Shown: positions 1-8,894 of the stretch, one piece after another | Position numbering within the stretch: the first letter of the stretch is position 1 | Layout of the letters: every line of letters starts with the position of its first letter | NCBI GenBank assembly: GCA_016187335.1 | Contig: JACPJW010000001.1 | Location: 743,143 to 807,142 of the forward strand | DNA from: Candidatus Aenigmatarchaeota archaeon | GTDB taxonomy: Archaea > Aenigmatarchaeota > Aenigmatarchaeia > GW2011-AR5 | DNA length: 64,000 bases | Direction: 5' to 3' | Program-made: the position numbers and the translations under genes | Notes under the pieces: generated by a model | Databases searched by the model: none | Told to the model about the DNA's origin: nothing | Seen by the model: the letters and a program-made list of their open reading frames with translations, nothing else

Positions 1-160
1 AGAATTCAAAAAAGTAACTATTGTACGCAATGAAAGAGAGAATAACGAAAGAGCTGACCGGTTGAGCAAAAAAGCTATCTTTGGTCCGTAATGAATATTA
101 CTGTTATGGTATTCTGTGAAAAAAGTAATTTTATTCTTTACCTATACACAAAGCTGGAAT

Positions 161-535
161 TCACCCGTACTGCTGCCTCGTCAGGACCGAGCCGGGGTTC
201 CCGCACAGCTGCTGGGCGGGTATGTCGTAGCCCGTGAACGCCTTTGCGACTTCTTCTATGCGCTTGTTGAGGGCGGCGTCGCTGTAGCTGCTCTTTTTCG
301 CCTTCTCGCACGCCTGCACCAGCACGTTGCTTATTGCGTTGTGCTGCTGCGCCTGTGCCGTAGCCAGGCAGGGCTGCGGCGTAGGGCATAAATCAGAAGT
401 AACTGTGGTGTCAACGGTTTTCCAGCACTCGCGGAACTCGTCAATGCTTATGCACTGCTCGCCGAGCACCGAACCGCCGATGTAAAGCAGCCCGAAAACA
501 AGGATGATTATCATAACAGCGAATTTGGTTTCCAT
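161..535 (-). CDS. Hypothetical membrane-anchored/secreted Cys-containing protein
   Basis: 124-aa ORF with N-terminal hydrophobic segment. Confidence 0.75.
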   Translation of the reverse strand: METKFAVMIIILVFGLLYIGGSVLGEQCISIDEFRECWKTVDTTVTSDLCPTPQPCLATAQAQQHNAISNVLVQACEKAKKSSYSDAALNKRIEEVAKAFTGYDIPAQQLCGNPGSVLTRQQYG

Positions 536-643
536 GGTTTTATCATGGACGGAGCGGCTTATAAAAATTTTCAGTGTGATGGCGAAGCCTTTTAATATCT
601 TTCCATATATTATTACTATAAAGTAGTGTTATTTGGTGTCCGT

Positions 644-862
644 ATGGTTGTCAAAGTCCGTTTGATGAAAAAAATCAGGAAGCTGAGGAGCAGGGGCTTC
701 CTGACAAGGGAGCAGCTGGAAGTCCTGGAGGAAGCGAGCCAGCGCCCTTTCAAGGTGAAAAAGCCCGCCCAGAAATACGCCTGCGGCGAGTGCAGCTATT
801 CCTGGTTCTACAAGGCCATGAAATGCCCCACATGCTCTTCCAACAGGGTAAGCGCGGTTTAA
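644..862 (+). CDS. Small zinc-ribbon protein
   Basis: CGEC...CPTC motifs; ATG at 644 preferred. Confidence 0.7.
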   Translation: MVVKVRLMKKIRKLRSRGFLTREQLEVLEEASQRPFKVKKPAQKYACGECSYSWFYKAMKCPTCSSNRVSAV

Positions 863-932
863 GCAAATAGAAACAATCCGGAAACTGAAAAATAAAAAGA
901 AAAAATCAAAACAGCTGAATTTTTTGTAGAAT

Positions 933-956
933 TTACTTTCTTCTCTTCTTTGCCAT
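933..956 (-). CDS. Putative 7-aa basic micropeptide MAKKRRK
   Basis: ATG GCA AAG AAG AGA AGA AAG TAA, preceded by GGGGTGA SD and followed by a T-rich tract. Confidence 0.4.
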   Translation of the reverse strand: MAKKRRK

Positions 957-1094
957 CTTATTCACCCCACTTATCATGATAATAAAATATGTTTTTCCCG
1001 GTTAATTAAGTTTTCTATCAGGGTTTTTGGCGGAGCGAGAAACAAAAAAGCGCTTCGTTTGCGCGCTATAGTGTATTATCGCTGCGCAGGGAAT

Positions 1095-1280
1095 TTAAGC
1101 CCTGTATTTTTTGCCTGAAGGATTAGGATTATTAGGACTTTCCGGGTTCATTCCATCCAGAACCCTCTCGCGGTAAGTGTTCCATTTTTCTGTGTCGCGC
1201 ATGCTGTGGCCTTCATCTAAAAAAGTTTCATAAGCCTGCTCAAGAAGCCTTGCCCTCATTGCAGCTGTGTGAACTGACAT
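1095..1280 (-). CDS. Hypothetical protein
   Basis: 61-aa ORF filling the gap. Confidence 0.5.
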   Translation of the reverse strand: MSVHTAAMRARLLEQAYETFLDEGHSMRDTEKWNTYRERVLDGMNPESPNNPNPSGKKYRA

Positions 1281-1364
1281 TCCAGAATTTTGTTAAAAAA
1301 TCATAAAAACCCGTAATGGGAATTTTCCCACTTGAAAACCGACCGAGAAATTCTTTTGAGATAT

Positions 1365-1970
1365 TCACAGTTCCTCTATCCATTTTTCGCTGCCGACTGT
1401 CGTTTCCTCGCCGTGGCCTGAATAAACCTTCGTGTTGGGCGGCAGTTTGAGCAGTCTTTTCAAGGAAGCTATCATTTTACCGTGGTCGCCGCCGGGAAAA
1501 TCCGTCCTTCCGCAGCTGCCGGCAAACAGCGTGTCGCCCGAGAAAAGTATATTGCTTTTTGCCTCGTAAAGGCACACGGATCCCGGGGAATGTCCGGGCG
1601 TTTCCATGACTTCCAAGGAAATCGAGCCGAGTTTTATGACATCGCCCTCGTCAAGGTGCGTGTCCGCGCGCGACGCAGGAATATCAAATGGGGCGTTCCC
1701 CGGCTCCCAAAGCATCTTTTCATCGTTCTTGTGCACGGCTATCATCGCCTTTGTTTTTTCCTTCAGTGCTTTGTTGTCGGCGATGTGGTCCCAGTGGCCG
1801 TGGGTGTTTGCTATCAGCAGCAATTTCAGCTTGTTTTTGCCCAGCTCGTCCAGCACCTGCCCGTAGCATCCTTTCGGAGCATCTATAATCAGCGCTTTTC
1901 TTTCGTCATCATCCCATATCAAGTAACTGTTCGTCGCCGCAGGGCCGCAGGTGAATTTTTTGATGAGCAT
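1365..1970 (-). CDS. MBL-fold metallo-hydrolase (glyoxalase II-like)
   Basis: THGHWDH, TPGHSPG, FSGDTLF, GHG motifs. Confidence 0.93.
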   Translation of the reverse strand: MLIKKFTCGPAATNSYLIWDDDERKALIIDAPKGCYGQVLDELGKNKLKLLLIANTHGHWDHIADNKALKEKTKAMIAVHKNDEKMLWEPGNAPFDIPASRADTHLDEGDVIKLGSISLEVMETPGHSPGSVCLYEAKSNILFSGDTLFAGSCGRTDFPGGDHGKMIASLKRLLKLPPNTKVYSGHGEETTVGSEKWIEEL

Positions 1971-2034
1971 GCTAAATAAATGTCAGAAGCCGCTAAAATA
2001 CATTTCACGGCGAATCAAAATAATGGATTACGCT

Positions 2035-2132
2035 TATAGTGAACCCAGTAAATAATCAGGATATGTTATACTGGGTTCACATATAGTTCACAAGGAAATA
2101 ATATCCAGAATCTTTCCTTGTAGAACTATATA
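2035..2132. repeat. Twin-hairpin element, copy A
   Basis: GTGAACCCAGTA..TACTGGGTTCAC then GTTCACAAGGAAA..TTTCCTTGTAGAAC; same architecture at 5481. Confidence 0.55.
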
Positions 2133-2288
2133 CATGGAGAATACCACTGTTTTCAGACAAAGGTATTATGATGGTATTATCCTGTATAAAATCAGTCCAC
2201 TATAAAATATATGGTATTTCTCTGAAATACCACCATTTTAGATGGTGGATTGATTTTTATAAAATATATTCCATATTTAATGACTAAC

Positions 2289-2409
2289 GCCACCATAGCT
2301 CAATCCGAACTTTTCCGAAAAGTTCGATCAAAAGGGAAAGTTTGGGGGAAATTGGCAGAGCATCTGTTTTGTAAACAGAAGGTTGGGGGTTCAAGTCCCT
2401 CTGGTGGCT
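2289..2409 (+). tRNA. tRNA-Thr(UGU) with 48-nt D-loop intron (~2304-2351)
   Basis: Acceptor GCCACCA/TGGTGGC, D-stem GCTC/GAGC, anticodon arm TCTGT-TTTGTAA-ACAGA, T-loop TTCAAGT. Confidence 0.92.
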
Positions 2410-2456
2410 CTTGATGCGGCACTGAAAACTATAAAATACAAGATTGAAATAGAATT

Positions 2457-3794
2457 ATGGAAAAGGCTGTTATTTTGATTGCATTATCCGCGACACTGCT
2501 TGTTCTTGGCTGCGTATCCGACCAGCCGGCTGTGAGGCCGCTTCTAGACAAAACCGGTAAATCCGCTGAACCCGAATCCCTGGAAAATATTCCTCGTGAT
2601 GTTTTAAGCTCAATCTGCCGGCAGGAAAAGTGGCCTCCTGATTGCACAGTCATTCATGATGCCGATGGACAGGAAATATGCAAAAAATGCAAGTTAATGT
2701 TCCCAGAAGCTGTTGTCCAGGAAAATTACCAGACATCCCAGCCAGGCAGATCCCAAAGTGCTTGCTCTGGCGGCGCAATCATGTTTGACTATCCGCCCGT
2801 GAACCTGGGGAAAATAACCCATATTGAGCCGATGGGCAGTCTGCACGGAGAGCACGTAGCCCCGATTGACCACCAGTATTATCAAAATTTCAACAGCAAC
2901 GAACCGACAATAGAAGTGTACTCTCCTGCCGATGGCGTTATAACAGAAATCCAGCACATGGGATCGTTTAGAGGCGATGTAGTAAGGGAGCCCTTTGACG
3001 ATTACCGCTTAGTCATAGAACACACTTGTTCAATCTCAACATTTTTTATACATATAGACAAGCTCTCCGGCAAAATAATGGAGGTTGCCCCGGAGTTTGG
3101 AAAACAGAAGAGCGTGAGCATTCCGGTGAAAGCAGGGGAAACCATAGGATGGTTTGACAGCAATGTTGATTTTAATGTTGTTGACACTGCAATCACTATT
3201 AACCTGATTGAGCCCGAAAGTTACAGATCTTTTCCGTTCAGGCTTCATATCCAGGACCCGTTTATTTACTTTAATGAGCCGGTGAAAAGCCAGCTTATTG
3301 CCAAAAGCCTGAGGACAGCCAAGCCGGAAGGTGGGTTTATTGATTACGATATTGACGGCAAGGCCATTGGAACATGGTTCAGGGAAAACACCAACGGATG
3401 GTCTGGGTTAAATCCTGAAAGATACTGGGCAGACCATCTGGCAATAGTATATGACAGCATTGACACGGAACACATTTTGTTTTCTGTCGGCACGTTCAAA
3501 GGAAAAGCCCGGCAGTTTGGGGTGAAAGGAAATGCCCCCAAGCCGGATGAAATAAGCGTTGGGAGCGGCTTAATTAAATATGAACTGGTTGATTATCAGT
3601 ATTATGACGGGGATCAAAAATGGGATTACAAAAAATTAGTCAGGGGCCTGAAGCTGAAAAACATGGACAATGTTCTGGGTGTTGCATTACTGCAAATGTT
3701 TGAGAATAGAAAATTAAAGGTAGAGGTATTCCCGGATAAAACCGCCGCAGAAGTGCAAGGGTTTACAAGCAATGCGATGATCTATGAAAGGTAG
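2457..3794 (+). CDS. Secreted/lipoprotein-like hypothetical protein
   Basis: 445 aa; signal peptide ending LGC. Confidence 0.8.
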   Translation: MEKAVILIALSATLLVLGCVSDQPAVRPLLDKTGKSAEPESLENIPRDVLSSICRQEKWPPDCTVIHDADGQEICKKCKLMFPEAVVQENYQTSQPGRSQSACSGGAIMFDYPPVNLGKITHIEPMGSLHGEHVAPIDHQYYQNFNSNEPTIEVYSPADGVITEIQHMGSFRGDVVREPFDDYRLVIEHTCSISTFFIHIDKLSGKIMEVAPEFGKQKSVSIPVKAGETIGWFDSNVDFNVVDTAITINLIEPESYRSFPFRLHIQDPFIYFNEPVKSQLIAKSLRTAKPEGGFIDYDIDGKAIGTWFRENTNGWSGLNPERYWADHLAIVYDSIDTEHILFSVGTFKGKARQFGVKGNAPKPDEISVGSGLIKYELVDYQYYDGDQKWDYKKLVRGLKLKNMDNVLGVALLQMFENRKLKVEVFPDKTAAEVQGFTSNAMIYER

Positions 3795-3822
3795 CATTAC
3801 CGCAAGAAGGCTCGCTTAGAGG

Positions 3823-4086
3823 TTATTTCTTCCTCTTCACTATCTTCCTCTGCAAAATCCGCTTCGCCTTCTCAAGCTCGCGGCGGCGTTCCACAGGCAA
3901 TTTTTTGCCTGCGCGATTGATGAACATCTGTACCATGCGGATGGCGGAGCCGATGCCTTTGGGGCTGACCTTCCTTGATGCCATTATCCTTGCGATGCTT
4001 TCTGCTTTTTTCGTGAAAGTGCCGGGCGGCGGGTAGGTTGAAACCGTTTTAATCTTGTGGAACCAGAGCTTTTTTCCTCTCGGCAT
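3823..4086 (-). CDS. DUF3175-like small basic protein
   Basis: PPGTFT, SAIRMVQMFINRAGKKL, ELEKAK pattern. Confidence 0.75.
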   Translation of the reverse strand: MPRGKKLWFHKIKTVSTYPPPGTFTKKAESIARIMASRKVSPKGIGSAIRMVQMFINRAGKKLPVERRRELEKAKRILQRKIVKRKK

Positions 4087-4115
4087 GCTATCACTTGTAA
4101 TTTATTCAATAAAAA

Positions 4116-4292
4116 TCATGCCGGCATGCTCTTCCCTAGAGCCCATGAAAGCACGAAAAGTATCAGGAAAACGATGAACAGTATTTTCGCTATGTCTATG
4201 GCAACTCCGGCCACTGTTGTGAATCCCATAATGGCTGCTATAATTGCCAGTATAAGGAACGCCAGTGTCCATGATATGAGCCCTTTTGACAT
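4116..4292 (-). CDS. DUF1328 (UPF0391) small membrane protein
   Basis: WTLAFLILAIIAAIMGF..IAKILFIVFLILF. Confidence 0.85.
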   Translation of the reverse strand: MSKGLISWTLAFLILAIIAAIMGFTTVAGVAIDIAKILFIVFLILFVLSWALGKSMPA

Positions 4293-4484
4293 CCTGCCAC
4301 CAAATAAAAAGAAACCCGCAATAGAAATAAAAAGCATCCTTGCTGCAGCAAAAATTACTTTCTGTCCCTAAAGTTGTAAAAAATTCCATTTTTTTGCCTT
4401 TAAGAACCTTTTGGCTCCTCAGAAACTCTTGGAATGCTTTTGTGATTTTTTCCAATCAATCGGAATTTTCATCAGGTGATTTGA

Positions 4485-5477
4485 ATGAAATACAATGCGA
4501 TTATTTTTGCGCTCCTATCGGCCTTGCTTGTAGCCGGATGCGTGCAGCAGGCAGGCGCGGCGAAAGGATCTGTATTCTTTACAATGGCCGACGCGGCGGC
4601 GGACATGGGCGCGGTGAGCAGCGTTGTAGTCACTGTCGACAGCGTCAGGGCGCATAGCAACACCCAGGGATGGATAACTGTTTCTTCGGAAACGCGCACG
4701 TACGATCTGATGCAGCTGAAGGCCCAGAGCAACCAGGTTTTGCTCGCGGAAGCGCAGCTTGATCCCGGAACTTACCAGCAGGTGCGCCTGGATGTTTCAA
4801 AGGTTGTGGTTACGGACGCCGGCGGCGAACATGAAGCCAGGCTGCCTTCAGGCGAGCTGAAGATTGTTGGGCAGCTCATTGTGGAAGCCAACAAGACGTC
4901 CTCGGTCACCTTCGACTTCATAGCTGACGAGTCGCTGCATGTCACGGGAAACGGCCAGTATGTTTTCGCCCCGGTGGTGCAGCTGACCACGCGGCACAGT
5001 GCCGACGTTGATGTAAGGAACACGAACAACGTGCAGATTCGCAGCGGCACTGTAGATACCGATACCAAGGTGGGAATGGACATCAACGGAAACGTCGGCG
5101 TGGGCGTAAAGATTGACCCTAACGTCGTTATCAATGTCGGTGCGGACGGAAAAGTCATCATCGGCGTCGGCGCTCCGCCGCCTGCTCCGAAGCCAAAGCT
5201 TGTCATTAACATAACCGTCGAAGCGGACAACAACACGCTTTACCCTGTCAGCGCTGAAGTGAAAAAAGATGCGACGGTGCGCCTTACGTTCAGGGTGCGC
5301 GAGGGCACAAACTCGACGGGACTTGAATTCAGGAGCGAGAAGTTCACGACAGGCCCTGTGCTGCCGGGTGCCAGCGCAACCGTGGAATTCACCGCGGACA
5401 AATCGTTCAGTTATTCAACCTACTTCGGCGGAAGCAGCGTGAAGAGAGCCGAAGGCTGGATTATTGCATCCTTATAG
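4485..5477 (+). CDS. DUF4382-like lipoprotein with C-terminal cupredoxin-like domain
   Basis: AGC lipobox; YDLMQL, GTYQQVRL, PSGELK, FDF motifs. Confidence 0.75.
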   Translation: MKYNAIIFALLSALLVAGCVQQAGAAKGSVFFTMADAAADMGAVSSVVVTVDSVRAHSNTQGWITVSSETRTYDLMQLKAQSNQVLLAEAQLDPGTYQQVRLDVSKVVVTDAGGEHEARLPSGELKIVGQLIVEANKTSSVTFDFIADESLHVTGNGQYVFAPVVQLTTRHSADVDVRNTNNVQIRSGTVDTDTKVGMDINGNVGVGVKIDPNVVINVGADGKVIIGVGAPPPAPKPKLVINITVEADNNTLYPVSAEVKKDATVRLTFRVREGTNSTGLEFRSEKFTTGPVLPGASATVEFTADKSFSYSTYFGGSSVKRAEGWIIASL

Positions 5478-5480
5478 CTT

Positions 5481-5576
5481 CTATAGCATGTGACATAAAT
5501 AATCAAACATATTATGATGTCACTGCTATATGCAGAAGACATTAAATTGTACGAAAACTAATGTCTTCTACTATAT
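5481..5576. repeat. Twin-hairpin element, copy B
   Basis: TAGCATGTGACAT..ATGTCACTGCTA then AGAAGACATTA..TAATGTCTTCT; loop AAATAATCA shared with copy A. Confidence 0.55.
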
Positions 5577-5619
5577 TGTCAATTGATTTCCAACAGATAA
5601 ATTTTATCGGGCGATTCGA

Positions 5620-6036
5620 ATGAAATACGAAAATGCCATCATTTTCGCGCTTATTCCGGCGCTGTTCATAGCGGGATGCGTGCAGCAGTCGCAGCCGAAA
5701 GGATTAGGAGACTACACCCCGCCTACGGGCACGCCTTCCCTGGAAATGCTGTCGCCGAAAGACGGCGATGTCATAAACGGCTCGGCTGTTGCGATAAAGG
5801 TGAACGTCACGAATTTCCGGCTTGCCGACATTGCTGCAAACAGGGCAAACAGGGATAACGAAGGTCACATACATTACTATCTGGACGACAGGGAGCAGAG
5901 GGTTCCCTACACGATAGTGTCGTTCACAAACGTCCCGGCCGGCGAACATTCCATCAGGATTGAGCTGCACAACAACGACCATTCGCCGCTGTTCCCGCCA
6001 GTGACGGTTTCCATCAGGATAAGAACGACGGGCTGA
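5620..6036 (+). CDS. His-rich Ig-like lipoprotein (DUF4399-like)
   Basis: AGC lipobox; GHIHYYLD, GEH, NNDH motifs. Confidence 0.7.
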   Translation: MKYENAIIFALIPALFIAGCVQQSQPKGLGDYTPPTGTPSLEMLSPKDGDVINGSAVAIKVNVTNFRLADIAANRANRDNEGHIHYYLDDREQRVPYTIVSFTNVPAGEHSIRIELHNNDHSPLFPPVTVSIRIRTTG

Positions 6037-6049
6037 AGCCCGTAGATAT

Positions 6050-6925
6050 TTATCTTTCTCCGGCCCACTCGTGCAGCTTCTCCGCCAGTTCTTCCTTTTC
6101 CTCGGCGCCCGCCAGCTTCTCCGCCAAAGTTTTGAGAGAAAGCTTCTTCACCTTGAGGAATTTCAGAAGCTTTGCGGGCGTGAACTTCTTTTTCTGCGGC
6201 GAGCGCGGCGGCAGCATGGACTTGAGCGTTATATAATAATAAATCGCCGCGGAGACATCCCTGGCTGTTGCGCCTTTGGCTTTCTTTTTCACTCCTTCCG
6301 CAAATCCTTCGGCCTGCTTCATGAAGTAGGCATCGTCCTCGTAGAACTGGTAATAAGGGCCTATGTCTTCATTGACGAACTTCTTCGTCTGCCATGACGG
6401 CGGGCAGAAATCGTAGCCGAAGCCGACGGAGTGCAGCCAGAAGATTATCTTTGTGTATCTTATGTTCGGGACGTCGGCGTCTTTCACGAGCCCTTCTATG
6501 AATTCCCATGTCTTTTCCTTTGTGCCGAGGGTTTTTTCCAGGGTTTCCGGCGTTATGCCGTTCTTTTCAAAGAAGCGCGCGCTGCCTTTTATGGAAGCGC
6601 TTATGCGGAACATCTCCTTTTTCAGCTCGCGCAGCATCTCAAGGGTTTCTTTGTCCCTTATCCTGTACATCCGCTCGTCCAGAATCTTTTCAACAGCTTC
6701 CCTCCAGTCCTCGCCGCTTGTTTTCCTGACGTAATCCATGCCCAGCTGCGGCTTGAGGATGCTTAATACAAGATTTATTTCTGCCTCGCTTCTCTTGCCG
6801 CCCATGAAGACGATGAAAAGGAACTTGTCCCACAGCTCTCCCGTGCTTTTCAACTTTTCAGGCCGGTCCTTCATGGCCAGCCTTACCAGGTCCAGGAAGC
6901 CTTCAGGCATCTCGTTATCGGGCAT
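6050..6925 (-). CDS. Hypothetical protein
   Basis: Long ORF with host-like codon usage. Confidence 0.7.
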   Translation of the reverse strand: MPDNEMPEGFLDLVRLAMKDRPEKLKSTGELWDKFLFIVFMGGKRSEAEINLVLSILKPQLGMDYVRKTSGEDWREAVEKILDERMYRIRDKETLEMLRELKKEMFRISASIKGSARFFEKNGITPETLEKTLGTKEKTWEFIEGLVKDADVPNIRYTKIIFWLHSVGFGYDFCPPSWQTKKFVNEDIGPYYQFYEDDAYFMKQAEGFAEGVKKKAKGATARDVSAAIYYYITLKSMLPPRSPQKKKFTPAKLLKFLKVKKLSLKTLAEKLAGAEEKEELAEKLHEWAGER

Positions 6926-6991
6926 TGTTTCACGTTCCAGATCTCTAAACTGTTGTAAAGACTTAAAAACGTGAATCATGATAGTTTAAGG

Positions 6992-7624
6992 ATGCTGGAT
7001 GTAATCAACATATTCCTTCATCTTGACCAGTACTTCGGCTCGCTGATAAACGAGTACAGCATATGGATTTATCTTATCCTTTTCGTGACGGTCTTCCTGG
7101 AAACAGGAATTATCGTTACGCCGTTCCTCCCGGGAGACAGCCTGATTTTTCTCGCAGGCGCTTTCGCGGCTGCCGGCAGGCTTGATATGGCGGTACTTTT
7201 TGTTGTTTTTGCAGCTGCAGCGATTTTGGGCGACACAGTGAATTACTGGATAGGGCATCACGTTGGTCGCAGGGTTCTGCACAAAAAAGTCCGCTTCGTT
7301 AGAAAGGAATACGTAGAAAGGACTTACGATTTCTACGAGAAGCACGGCGGGAAAACAATAGTAGCCGCGAGGTTCATCCCGATAATACGCACGTTCGCGC
7401 CCTTCGTGGCAGGCATCGCAAGGATGAATTACAGCAGATTTTTGTTCTTCAACGTAACCGGCGCTGTTCTGTGGGTCGCGTCGTTCCTTGCCCTGGGATA
7501 CTATTTCGGCAGCATACCTTTAGTCAAGGAAAACCTTGGACTGGCGATAATTGCGATTATTCTGGTGACGGTTCTTTATTCTTTGTTTGAACTTTACAGG
7601 AGCAGGAAGAAAAGCGGAAAATAA
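6992..7624 (+). CDS. dedA: DedA family membrane protein
   Basis: ETG..PFLPGDSL, GDTVNYWIG, RFIPIIRTFAPFVAG. Confidence 0.93.
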   Translation: MLDVINIFLHLDQYFGSLINEYSIWIYLILFVTVFLETGIIVTPFLPGDSLIFLAGAFAAAGRLDMAVLFVVFAAAAILGDTVNYWIGHHVGRRVLHKKVRFVRKEYVERTYDFYEKHGGKTIVAARFIPIIRTFAPFVAGIARMNYSRFLFFNVTGAVLWVASFLALGYYFGSIPLVKENLGLAIIAIILVTVLYSLFELYRSRKKSGK

Positions 7625-7666
7625 TACAGTAATTTCAGAAAGAAATCCGCCGGATTGTTTCCTGTT

Positions 7667-7846
7667 GTGAAAAACCATTGCCTAAAGGCAGTGGCATCTG
7701 AAAGATGCCATTGATATTATAAACAATGTTTTTTACGCTCAAAAACCATAGGTCTTTGGCGTCTCAAAGAAGCTTTGCTTCTTTGCAGACATCTAACATT
7801 CCACCTTATAATACCACCATCTAAAGATAGGTGGAATGTTCAGATT
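7667..7846 (-). mobile_element. Non-autonomous IS200/IS605-like relic (hairpin cluster)
   Basis: On minus strand GATGCCACTGCCTTTAGGCAATGG-TTTTTCAC resembles an IS200/605 end; further hairpins follow. Confidence 0.45.
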
Positions 7847-8422
7847 TCAAGCCAGTCCCGATACGAATCCTGTGAAGACCAGCGCCACGATTATCAGGGC
7901 GAGGAGCAGGACCGGCAGGAGCCACGTAAGAGCGGCGCGGCCGGTGGAGTATTTATGGACTTCCCTCAGGCCTATGGTAAGCACGTAAAGGCTGTACAGG
8001 TTCGCGGCAGCTGATAGAATCCCGCCGACGGCGGGTATCGGTCCCAGCAAGACGCCCAGCACCCCGAAAGGGGCGTTGACAAGAGCGATAATGTGCGCGT
8101 GCTGCAGTAAATTCCCCTTTCCCTCGAGAAAATGGGCGAAGACATAGAGCACTGATGCGGATATCGCCCAGAACAGGACAAAAACAGCGGGTATCATCGC
8201 AAGCGAGATCATGTAGAAGCTGGCTGCCCCTGTAAGCGCCTTCAGCTCCAGCATTCCTTGCGTCGGAACGAGCACGCTTATGATGGCAGCAAGAACGCCG
8301 GCGAACGCGACCTGGGCAAGGGATTCAAGAATATTTCTTTTTTTGCTTTCCTTTTTCGCAGTCTTGCCGGGGTTTGTCAGCATCCCGAGCCATTTCCTGA
8401 AAGTATCGGTGAAAAAATTCAT
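7847..8422 (-). CDS. Yip1 family membrane protein
   Basis: Multi-TM; LYVLTIGLREVH..STGRA pattern. Confidence 0.8.
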   Translation of the reverse strand: MNFFTDTFRKWLGMLTNPGKTAKKESKKRNILESLAQVAFAGVLAAIISVLVPTQGMLELKALTGAASFYMISLAMIPAVFVLFWAISASVLYVFAHFLEGKGNLLQHAHIIALVNAPFGVLGVLLGPIPAVGGILSAAANLYSLYVLTIGLREVHKYSTGRAALTWLLPVLLLALIIVALVFTGFVSGLA

Positions 8423-8467
8423 GGCTATCTTCCTTTTTCACTTTGTATTTCTTTCTTTAAGAAGTTT

Positions 8468-8890
8468 TCAGACGTCCAAAATCACTCTGGCAATCCATTT
8501 CTTTTCTTTTTTCAATTCAAAGTTGTGGTAAGTCACGGCCTTAACGTCCACAAGCAGCTCATGCTTTTCCATGTCTAATTTCTCTCCGGATACCTTTGCC
8601 GTTAATACAAGGTTCTTTTCGTCTATTTTTACGGAAAATCTGCTCAGCAGAAGCTGTTTGGCGTCCTTCAGGAAAACTATTTCCTGCAAAAAATTGAACA
8701 GCAGCGATTCCAAAGAATCGCTCCTCAGCTTTATTGTTTTCGTCACCTTCGGCTTCACTTTCTTCAGATCCCTGACCATCGTGTTCGTGACAGCCAGGCC
8801 CGCTGACTCAAAAAGCTCTTTCAATGTCCCGCCCGAGGCTTCAAAGGCCACGTCAGCTATGGCAACGTCCTTGAAGAATCTGTAGGGCAT
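8468..8890 (-). CDS. Archease (RtcB activator)
   Basis: ADVAFEA, DVKAVTYH, C-terminal VILDV. Confidence 0.93.
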   Translation of the reverse strand: MPYRFFKDVAIADVAFEASGGTLKELFESAGLAVTNTMVRDLKKVKPKVTKTIKLRSDSLESLLFNFLQEIVFLKDAKQLLLSRFSVKIDEKNLVLTAKVSGEKLDMEKHELLVDVKAVTYHNFELKKEKKWIARVILDV

Positions 8891-8894
8891 TTTT

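Noticed and set aside
2289-2409. tRNA as the attachment site of an integrated element
   Set aside because: No integrase and no duplicated tRNA 3' end noticed in the window.
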